A stretch of 32,348 nt of DNA, taken from NCBI GenBank assembly GCA_003520205.1, contig DOVG01000214.1, positions 1-32,348 on the forward strand, in the 5' to 3' direction. Shown here one piece after another: positions 9,134 to 16,473 of this stretch. A program made the translations under genes and the position numbers. The notes below the pieces were generated by a model. That model did not search any database. It was given only the letters and a program-made list of their open reading frames with translations, and was not told the DNA's origin. How positions within the stretch are numbered: the first letter of the stretch is position 1; every line of letters begins with the position of its first letter. The stretch is from Lachnospiraceae bacterium. GTDB lineage: Bacteria; Bacillota; Clostridia; Lachnospirales; Lachnospiraceae.

Positions 9134-10759
9134 ATGCTGACCAAGTATGTGAGAAGAGATATCCGTCGTGAGGGTTTAAAAAATCTTAAAAGAAGATATT
9201 ATCTGAATATTCTTATTATATTTGTAGTATCAGTTATTATAAATGGTGGATACCATATGGCAACACGTAGATTCGAGGTTCCTATCGATTCTACGCTTAG
9301 TACTGCCATGAATGTTGTAGAAAATACTGAAGATGCTGCAGTTTCAAATAACAGCAGCACTATGGGACTTGACTCAAATCTGTCTAACTCACAGATATTT
9401 TTGAGATTTATATTGAATGTTTTTGACATAGATAATCCTCCGAGTCCGGAGAGTGTTTCATCTAAGTCAGCTAAATACTATGGAGGAGTGGCTTCTGTTT
9501 TCGTAAATGAGATTACGGGCAGCCAGTCCTTTGTCTTTGGAATAATAAATGGTATTAATGAAGTTGCATTTAAAGGCCGGGTAGCTAACTCAGTTATAAT
9601 TTTTATTTTTTCAGTAATATCGATTTTTTTATTTGTTTTTGTAAAGAATGTGATTGTAGTTGGAAAGAACAGATATTTTCTGGAACAGAGAAGATATCAT
9701 GAGACAGGTCCCGGAGAACTTCTTTTCCCATATAAGAACAAGAGATTAAAGAATATATCTAAAATAATGCTTCTTAAATATCTGTTTCAGCTTCTATGGG
9801 ATCTGACGATAGTAGGTGGAGTGATTAAGAGATACGAATATCTGCTTATTCCATATATAGTTGCTGAAAATCCTGATATACAGTACAAGGATGCCTTTCG
9901 AATATCGAAGCAGTTTATGGCGGGAAATAAATATAAGGCTTTTTTGATTGATTTTTCATTTCTGCCATGGTTTGTACTTTCCTACTTTACATTTAATTTA
10001 TCTGCGATTTTCTTTTCTGATGCATACATCGAATGCGTAAGAGCAGAAATGTATATGCGCATCAGATGTGAACGTAAGGATGAACTGGAGCTTTTACTCA
10101 GAAAGTGGCTGAATGATGATATGCTGGCGATAGACCATGTAGAGGAGTCAGAACACCCATCGGGTGAGGAAGTGCTTGATATACCGACTGTTGATATACA
10201 TTCATTCAGACATGATTATATGAGAAGGTATTCCTTCCTTTCGCTGGTACAGCTTTTCTTTACGTACTCGCTGGTGGGATGGATATGGGAGATGGTTTTC
10301 TATCTTGCGACCACAGGTCAGTTTGTAAACAGAGGGACGATGCATGGTCCGTGGCTTCCTATATACGGCTGTGGTGGCATGCTCATAATCCTTCTTCTCA
10401 GACCGTTCAGGGAGAAACCGGAACAGCTCTTTGCTGGTACGGTTATAGTATGTGGTGGAGTTGAATATTTTACTTCCTGGATATTAGAGAAGCTGTTTAA
10501 TGCCAAATGGTGGGATTATACAGGATATTTTCTGAATATAAATGGAAGGATATGCTTTGAAGGACTGCTTGTATTTGGAATGGCAGGACTGGCTTTTACC
10601 TATATACTATCACCTATGCTGGATGATCTGTATAAGAAGGTAGATGAAAAATACAGAAAGATTATCTGTATAATTTTAATGGTACTTTTTGTTGCAGACT
10701 TTATATGGTCTGTACTCAGTCCGAATGTAGGTGAAGGAATCACATCAGGACTAGTATAG
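9134..10759 (+). CDS. Integral membrane protein: DUF975-like domain fused to a CmpB/DUF1113-type putative ABC permease domain
   Basis: LWDLTIVGGVIKRYEYLLIPYIVAENP...AFRISKQFMAGNK (DUF975 pattern); YSLVGWIWE, FVNRG.MHGPWLPIYG, VEYFTSWILEKLF..KWWDY, NINGRIC (CmpB/DUF1113 pattern). Confidence 0.8.
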   Translation: MLTKYVRRDIRREGLKNLKRRYYLNILIIFVVSVIINGGYHMATRRFEVPIDSTLSTAMNVVENTEDAAVSNNSSTMGLDSNLSNSQIFLRFILNVFDIDNPPSPESVSSKSAKYYGGVASVFVNEITGSQSFVFGIINGINEVAFKGRVANSVIIFIFSVISIFLFVFVKNVIVVGKNRYFLEQRRYHETGPGELLFPYKNKRLKNISKIMLLKYLFQLLWDLTIVGGVIKRYEYLLIPYIVAENPDIQYKDAFRISKQFMAGNKYKAFLIDFSFLPWFVLSYFTFNLSAIFFSDAYIECVRAEMYMRIRCERKDELELLLRKWLNDDMLAIDHVEESEHPSGEEVLDIPTVDIHSFRHDYMRRYSFLSLVQLFFTYSLVGWIWEMVFYLATTGQFVNRGTMHGPWLPIYGCGGMLIILLLRPFREKPEQLFAGTVIVCGGVEYFTSWILEKLFNAKWWDYTGYFLNINGRICFEGLLVFGMAGLAFTYILSPMLDDLYKKVDEKYRKIICIILMVLFVADFIWSVLSPNVGEGITSGLV

Positions 10760-10916
10760 AGATTTCTAATTACCTGGACTCTAAACTTGCCTGTTTTCCA
10801 GAATAGCACAGCACCAAAAGCCTCGGAATAGCTCACTATTCCTACGTTTTTGATACTGCACTCTCTGAAAAACATTCTGCGTTTATAGTCCAGTTAATTA
10901 CGAAACACTATACTAG
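10751..10916. mobile_element. 166-bp non-autonomous palindromic element (MITE/REP-like)
   Basis: 36-bp terminal inverted repeats at 10751-10786 and 10881-10916 (30/36 identical), CTAG at both outer ends, exactly centred hairpin GGAATAG-CTCA-CTATTCC (10825-10842); non-coding. Confidence 0.75.
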
Positions 10917-10946
10917 TATAGAGATTTCTAATTAGAAACACTAAAT
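10912..10946. repeat. Collapsed remnant copy of the element ends
   Basis: ACTAGTATAGAGATTTCTAATTA occurs identically at 10750-10772 and 10912-10934. The second copy runs directly into a right-end-like AATTAGAAACACTA, creating the perfect palindrome TTTCTAATTAGAAA (10925-10938). Confidence 0.7.
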
Positions 10947-10955
10947 GACAATTGT

Positions 10956-11984
10956 TTATAATAAATTGATTATAAGATTCTCGGCTGCATTCACATCTGT
11001 GAGGCGGCCGGTTTTTATATACAGATCTGCCTGTTGACACATATCGAGAGCGTGAAGAAGCTCCTGGGGTTTGTAGTTTTTGCAGATTGATATATATTTT
11101 CTGACTACAAATTCAGGTGATTTCATGAAGGAACTTATCCTGGAGGAATTTGCGCCTTCGGAAAGCATTTCACTTACCTGAACCAGCTGATTATATTGTC
11201 TGGTAATAAGGAATATAACAGTCATTGGCTTAGTCTTCAGAATGCATAGATCATTATAAAGAGATAATGCTTTTTGACTATCCTTTCTGGATATGGCTTC
11301 ACACATATCAAATATCTTATCTTCTACAGGACTTCTGGATATATCATCAATATCTTTGTCTGTAATCTCACCACGTTTAAGACAGTAGTCATGAAGCTTT
11401 ATGGCTTCATTCTTTAACATATTCATGTCGTTACCGACAGTTGAGATAAGTTTCTCCGGCACAGTCATTTTGACTTTCATATTCCCTTCAGCCAGTATGG
11501 ACGTAATCCATTTTGACAGCGTTGCTATATCAGGTGTCAGAAATTCCAGACAGCTGGCTAGTTCAGACTTTGATAAAAGAGTATAAGGTTTCTTCCTTTT
11601 ATCAACTTTGGTTTCGCAGAATATAAGGATGTTGGAATCACTCATTTCGCTGATTGATGCGAGAATGGACTCATCAGACTTATCAAAAAGACCACTGTCT
11701 TCGACAAGGATAGTTCTGTGCTCAGCTAAAAAAGGCATAGTAATCATATCTCCATATACACTGTCAGGACTAAATGTATCCGGAGTGTAGGAGGTAAAGT
11801 TCATGGTGTCGCCTTCAGTTACAAGCGCTTTAATGAGCATATCCCTGTATTGATTGACAAGGTATCTTTCTTCGCCAAATAAGAGATATACTTTGGAGAA
11901 GTTCCCGGACTCTATATGAGAGCGGATAAGATTCATAGATTCTGTTGTAGGATTTGTTTTTTTTCTTTTATTATAATCAGCCAT
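10956..11984 (-). CDS. holA: DNA polymerase III subunit delta
   Basis: VYLLFGEERYL, MPFLAEHRTILV, KVDKRKK, VGNDM..L.NE..KL, IFDMCEAI, AD..IKTG; 342 aa. Confidence 0.93.
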   Translation of the reverse strand: MADYNKRKKTNPTTESMNLIRSHIESGNFSKVYLLFGEERYLVNQYRDMLIKALVTEGDTMNFTSYTPDTFSPDSVYGDMITMPFLAEHRTILVEDSGLFDKSDESILASISEMSDSNILIFCETKVDKRKKPYTLLSKSELASCLEFLTPDIATLSKWITSILAEGNMKVKMTVPEKLISTVGNDMNMLKNEAIKLHDYCLKRGEITDKDIDDISRSPVEDKIFDMCEAISRKDSQKALSLYNDLCILKTKPMTVIFLITRQYNQLVQVSEMLSEGANSSRISSFMKSPEFVVRKYISICKNYKPQELLHALDMCQQADLYIKTGRLTDVNAAENLIINLL

Positions 11985-11990
11985 AGCTAG

Positions 11991-12019
11991 AGTATAAACT
12001 TACATAAGTTTTACGGCAA
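11991..12019 (-). promoter_or_regulatory. Sigma-A-like promoter of holA (probably leaderless)
   Basis: Minus strand reads TTGCCG (12019-12014), 17 nt, TATACT (11996-11991), 6 nt, ATG (11984). No Shine-Dalgarno sequence is present. Confidence 0.6.
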
Positions 12020-12067
12020 GTGGAAATTCTTTGTATGTGTTGTGATTAGAAATAGTGAACAAGCATT

Positions 12068-12097
12068 TTGACACTTATACATAAGTGATGTTAAAAT
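12068..12097 (+). promoter_or_regulatory. Sigma-A promoter of the HD-GYP/RR/HK unit with a palindromic spacer
   Basis: TTGACA (12068-12073), 18 nt, TAAAAT (12092-12097) with TG extension; inverted repeat CACTTAT-AC-ATAAGTG at 12072-12087. Confidence 0.65.
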
Positions 12098-12143
12098 ATA
12101 TATGCATCATTCTATACATACAAACAATTATGGGGTGTTTTAT

Positions 12144-14240
12144 ATGGAGAATGGAAAAAATATTACGACAAACTATTGGGTAAAAATGCTGGTCATTTGT
12201 CTGGTGGGAATTGCCGTAAATATACTGGGGGCATATTTGGTTAAGTTAACGGATCTTCCGATATATCTGGATTCGGTAGGAACCGTTATTATTGCTGCAA
12301 TAAGTGGAGGACTTCCGGGAATAATAGTAGGACTTGTAACAAGTCTTTTAAAAGGGATTTTGATGGATCCTGATTCGGTTTATTTTTCTGTGATAAGTGT
12401 TCTTATTGCAATAAGTGCAGCATATTTCTCTCAAAAGGGTCTTCTTAAGAAACACTTTGGTGTTATTGGTTTTGCATGCCTGATGGCAATCATTGGTGGT
12501 GGCCATGGCGCAATACTGTACTGGTTGACAAATGATATCTATGAAGGTGTCGAAACGCTTAGGACTCATCTATATAATGATCTTTTCTTTGATCTCCTTG
12601 ATAAGATAATAACTACTGTGATTTTAGGACTTTCCCTAAGATTTATTCCTGAAAAGTTGCAGGAAAAAATGAAGATGGAAGGGTGGCTTCAGACGCCGCT
12701 GTCAAAAGAAGAAAAGGAGGTAGTGAGCCATAGCAGTAATCGTGTATTTTCGCTTCGTGGTAAAATTCTTTTTCTGCTTATTTCAGCATGTGTTTCGGTA
12801 GGTCTGATAGCTATGGTTATTACTCTCATTCTTTACAGAAATTATGCTGAAGAAGAGCATATGAAGCTGGCTCAAAGTACTACAAGTCTGGTAAAGAGTA
12901 TAATTGATCCCGATATGGTGGATGCATATATTGAAGAAGGGGAAAAGGCACCAGGGTATCTTGAAACAGAACAAAGATTATATAATATAATGAAAAGCTC
13001 GACAGATATCCAGTATATATATGTATACAAGATAATGGAGGATGGCTGTCATGTAGTATTTGATCTGGATACTGAAGAAATCAAGGGTGAGAAGCCGGGT
13101 AATATAATCCCTTTTGATGAATCATTTGCTTCAAAGATTCCTGCACTTCTAAAGGGAGAAGAAATCGAGCCAATCATATCAGATGATACCTATGGGTATC
13201 TTATAACGGCATATGAGCCGGTATATGATTCAAATGGTCAGTGTAAATGCTATGCAGCTTCGGATATAGCCATGAGCCTTGTTCAGACGAAGGAACTGAG
13301 CTTTATGCTTAAGCTGATATCCCTGTTCATGGGCTTCTTTATTCTGATTGTGGCTATTGGTCTGTGGTTGTCTGAATATAATATTATACTTCCGGTAAAT
13401 GCAATGGCGATAAGTGCCAGTAAATTTGCCTATGATAATGAAGAAGATCTCGAGCAGAATGTGGAGAGAATTAAGAAGCTTCAGATACATACCGGCGATG
13501 AAATAGAAAATATGTATCAGGCATTTTCTAAAACGACAGAAAACAGCGTTGAGTATATGAATGCTCTTCATACTAAGACTGAAACTATTTCAGAAATGCA
13601 GAATGCGCTGATCATGGTACTTGCCGATATGGTTGAAAACAGAGATGAGAATACGGGCGACCATGTAAGAAAGACGGCAGCCTATACAAGAATAATTATG
13701 GATAAGCTTCTGGATATGAATTGCTACGTAGACCAGCTGACACCACAGTTTATATATAATGTAGAACATTCGGCTCCGCTTCATGATATAGGTAAGATAT
13801 CTGTATCTGATACGATACTCAACAAACCGGGGAAGCTTACTGATGAAGAATTTGAGATAATGAAGACGCATACTACTTCGGGAGCTGTGATTCTCGATCA
13901 GGTTATAGAGAAGGTTCCCGAATCCGGTTATCTGACAGAGGCAAAGAATCTGGCAGAATTCCATCATGAAAAATGGAATGGCAAGGGCTATCCTCACGGA
14001 CTAAAGGGAGAGGATATACCGCTGTCTGCAAGAATAATGGCAGTGGCAGATGTGTTTGATGCGCTGGTATCTGAAAGGTGTTATAAGAAAGCATTTTCGT
14101 TCGAAAAGGCTATGAGCATAATTAAGGAAGATGCGGGATCGCATTTTGATCCAAATGTTGCAGAGGCATTTATACAGTCCTCTGACAGAGTAAGGGAGGT
14201 TATGGACTACTTCAATGAACAAAATAGTACTTCTGGTTGA
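12144..14240 (+). CDS. Membrane HD-GYP phosphodiesterase (c-di-GMP type) with N-terminal ECF S-component-like domain, extracytoplasmic sensor and HAMP-like linker
   Basis: N-terminal TM bundle with LPIYLDSVGTVIIAAISGGLPGIIVGLVT; TM-loop-TM region followed by TGDEIENMY (HAMP-like); RDENTGDHV, LHDIGK, HHEKWNGKGYP, ARIMAVADVFDAL, R.YK. Start chosen at ATG 12144 (GGGGTG RBS at 12132-12137) rather than 12102. Confidence 0.88.
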   Translation: MENGKNITTNYWVKMLVICLVGIAVNILGAYLVKLTDLPIYLDSVGTVIIAAISGGLPGIIVGLVTSLLKGILMDPDSVYFSVISVLIAISAAYFSQKGLLKKHFGVIGFACLMAIIGGGHGAILYWLTNDIYEGVETLRTHLYNDLFFDLLDKIITTVILGLSLRFIPEKLQEKMKMEGWLQTPLSKEEKEVVSHSSNRVFSLRGKILFLLISACVSVGLIAMVITLILYRNYAEEEHMKLAQSTTSLVKSIIDPDMVDAYIEEGEKAPGYLETEQRLYNIMKSSTDIQYIYVYKIMEDGCHVVFDLDTEEIKGEKPGNIIPFDESFASKIPALLKGEEIEPIISDDTYGYLITAYEPVYDSNGQCKCYAASDIAMSLVQTKELSFMLKLISLFMGFFILIVAIGLWLSEYNIILPVNAMAISASKFAYDNEEDLEQNVERIKKLQIHTGDEIENMYQAFSKTTENSVEYMNALHTKTETISEMQNALIMVLADMVENRDENTGDHVRKTAAYTRIIMDKLLDMNCYVDQLTPQFIYNVEHSAPLHDIGKISVSDTILNKPGKLTDEEFEIMKTHTTSGAVILDQVIEKVPESGYLTEAKNLAEFHHEKWNGKGYPHGLKGEDIPLSARIMAVADVFDALVSERCYKKAFSFEKAMSIIKEDAGSHFDPNVAEAFIQSSDRVREVMDYFNEQNSTSG

Positions 14241-14985
14241 GGACGACTATGCCCTTGCGATGGGAACAACATATACACTGAAGGCTGAAGGCTACGTGGT
14301 GCTTCATGCCAAGACACTTGCTGAGGCGAGAAGAATTCTTTTTGACAGGGATAGCGAAGATGGCCTGGAGAATAATGAAAGAACTGCTCCGGATCTGATT
14401 CTTCTGGATGTGATGCTTCCGGATGGTGACGGATTCTCCTTTATGGAAGAGATTATGGAAAGGGAGATGGATATTCCGGTAGTATTTTCCACTGCTGTTG
14501 GAGATGAGGCAAATATAGTTCGTGGTCTTGATCTTGGGGCAGATGATTATATAACTAAACCTTATAAAGTTAAGGAAATGCTGTCCCGTATAGCAGCTGT
14601 TTTAAGAAGACAGGAAAGAGCCAGGAAAATGGCTATGAGATATGCAGGTAAGGAGGAAAAGGTCGCAGTAGGAAGTAATATCCCGGCGGATGATACAATT
14701 TCTTTCGGAAGTCACAGATATAGTATCAGTGCATTCAGACTTTATAAAGGTGATGAAACTGTAGAATGTACTCCGGCGGAGCTTAGACTTCTAAGAGAAT
14801 TTCTCATTAACAAGGGAGTGGTAATTACCAGAAACCAGCTGATGGAGAGACTCTATGATACTGAAAATGTATTCATAGATGATAATACATTATCTGTATA
14901 TATCAAGAGACTCAGAGATAAGCTGGGAGAGGATTCTATTTATATAAAGACAGTGAAAGGAATTGGGTATAGATTCGAGGACTGA
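14215..14985 (+). CDS. OmpR/PhoB-family response regulator
   Basis: LLVEDD, LLDVMLPDGDGF (phospho-Asp), GLDLGADDYITKP; winged helix DNTLSVYIKRLRDKL, TVKGIGYRF. Overlaps the HD-GYP gene end by 26 nt. Confidence 0.95.
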   Translation: MNKIVLLVEDDYALAMGTTYTLKAEGYVVLHAKTLAEARRILFDRDSEDGLENNERTAPDLILLDVMLPDGDGFSFMEEIMEREMDIPVVFSTAVGDEANIVRGLDLGADDYITKPYKVKEMLSRIAAVLRRQERARKMAMRYAGKEEKVAVGSNIPADDTISFGSHRYSISAFRLYKGDETVECTPAELRLLREFLINKGVVITRNQLMERLYDTENVFIDDNTLSVYIKRLRDKLGEDSIYIKTVKGIGYRFED

Positions 14986-14986
14986 A

Positions 14987-16033
14987 ATGAACAGTAATTA
15001 CGAACGTGATAATTTTAAAAGCAGATACTGGCTGATGACAGGATTTTTTCTTGTTATCAGCCTGATTTTGATATACATCATAATCAGTGGAGCAAGTGCT
15101 TTTGCTAAATTAATTGGATTAATGATATTTCTTACAGAGATAATGATGACAGCAGTCATATATATCTATACAAGTAAAAATATAGATAGAGCATATAAGT
15201 CTATGGAAAAGGCTTCTGATATGATGGTTGATGTAATAGAGGGAAGAGAGATTGATACATCACTGAATCTTGAAGAGGGCAGTGTCGGAATTCTGTATAA
15301 TAATTTCGATAAACTGGTGAATATGTTCAAGGAAGGAAGAAAGAGGGAACAGAGTGAGAAAGAATATCTGAGGGATGTAATGTCAGATATATCGCATCAG
15401 CTGAAAACACCACTAGCGTCTATGGAGGTGTTTGTTGACCTGCTCATAAATGATAAGGTTCAGTCTGAAGAAGAAAAGAAGAAGATACTAACAGAAACTT
15501 CCAATCAGATAAGCCGTATGGAGTGGATGGTTCTGTCCATGCTGAAGCTGGCGAGAATCGAAGCCGGGGCGGTGTCATTTAACATAAATGATGTAAGCCT
15601 TAAGTCTGTTCTTGAAGAAGTAAAAGGTGGAACACATTATCTGACAGACAGGAGAAAACAAAAACTGTACATATCGTGTCCGGAAGATGTGCATATAAAG
15701 GTTGATTATGATTGGATGGTTGAGGCTGTTATAAATATAGTGAAAAATGCATCGGACTACTCGGGAGAAGGAGAAGATATTGACATAACGGTAGAACAAA
15801 GTTCAGTTTTTACCCGAATCAGTATCAGAGATCATGGTATCGGAATGAGCGAAGAAACCATGACACACATATTTGAAAGGTTCTATCGTGCCAGCAGTGA
15901 GGTGAGTCCTAATAGCGTAGGAATAGGTCTTTCACTTTCACGTTCCATAATCGAAGGAATGAAAGGAAGGATTACAGTAGATAGCAGGCTGGGAGAAGGA
16001 AGCGTATTTAAAATATCTTTTGATATATGTTGA
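14987..16033 (+). CDS. Sensor histidine kinase with very short extracellular loop (intramembrane-sensing type)
   Basis: Two adjacent TMs; ISHQLKTP, NIVKNA, DHGIGM, FERFYR, GIGLSL. ATG at 14987 with GAGGA RBS at 14977-14981. Confidence 0.92.
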   Translation: MNSNYERDNFKSRYWLMTGFFLVISLILIYIIISGASAFAKLIGLMIFLTEIMMTAVIYIYTSKNIDRAYKSMEKASDMMVDVIEGREIDTSLNLEEGSVGILYNNFDKLVNMFKEGRKREQSEKEYLRDVMSDISHQLKTPLASMEVFVDLLINDKVQSEEEKKKILTETSNQISRMEWMVLSMLKLARIEAGAVSFNINDVSLKSVLEEVKGGTHYLTDRRKQKLYISCPEDVHIKVDYDWMVEAVINIVKNASDYSGEGEDIDITVEQSSVFTRISIRDHGIGMSEETMTHIFERFYRASSEVSPNSVGIGLSLSRSIIEGMKGRITVDSRLGEGSVFKISFDIC

Positions 16034-16087
16034 CAGGATTGGTCTAATGTGTTAGACTACAAACATAGTCGAATGCATTAGACCAAT
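16030..16087 (+). promoter_or_regulatory. blaI promoter with overlapping palindromic operator array
   Basis: TTGACA (16030-16035), 17 nt, TAGACT (16053-16058). Dyads GTCTAA-N4-TTAGAC (16042-16057), GACTA-N6-TAGTC (16055-16070), GTCGAA-N4-TTAGAC (16068-16083). Outer 12-bp perfect inverted repeat at 16038-16049 / 16076-16087. Confidence 0.8.
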
Positions 16088-16112
16088 TATAAGACGTCTT
16101 AGAGGTAGAAAT

Positions 16113-16472
16113 ATGGAAACACCAAAGGTTTTTGAAAGTGAATACAGATTCTGTCTGATACTTTGGGAACATGAACCTATTAAAAGCACAGAGCTTGCAA
16201 AGCTTTGTGAGGCAGAACTAGGATGGAAGAAAGCAACTACTTATACAGTAATCAAAAGGCTTTCAGAGCGAAATGTAATTAAGAGTGAGAAAGCTGTTAT
16301 CACGTCCCTTGTCTCGAAGGAGGAAGTTCAGACGGCAGAGATAGATGACATGGTAGACAGGACATTTTCGGGCAGTATACCTGACTTTCTGGCAGCATTT
16401 TCCAAAAGCAGAAAGCTGTCCCCAAAAGAGATAAGTGATATCCAGAGGCTGATAGACGAATATAAGGACTGA
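16113..16472 (+). CDS. BlaI/MecI/CopY-family transcriptional repressor
   Basis: SEYRFCLILWEHEP, W.KATTYTVIKRL, FSGSIPDFLAAF, LS..EI..I..LI; 119 aa, coupled to an M56 gene. Confidence 0.93.
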   Translation: METPKVFESEYRFCLILWEHEPIKSTELAKLCEAELGWKKATTYTVIKRLSERNVIKSEKAVITSLVSKEEVQTAEIDDMVDRTFSGSIPDFLAAFSKSRKLSPKEISDIQRLIDEYKD

Positions 16473-16473
16473 T

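Noticed and set aside
10600..10875. 91-aa minus-strand ORF starting inside the palindromic element (possible transposase remnant)
   Set aside because: No DDE or HUH motif and mostly antisense to the 9134 gene.
10750..10934. 23-bp exact direct repeat as a mini-CRISPR array or prophage att sites
   Set aside because: Only two copies, 139 nt apart, with no cas or integrase genes; better explained as ends of the palindromic element.
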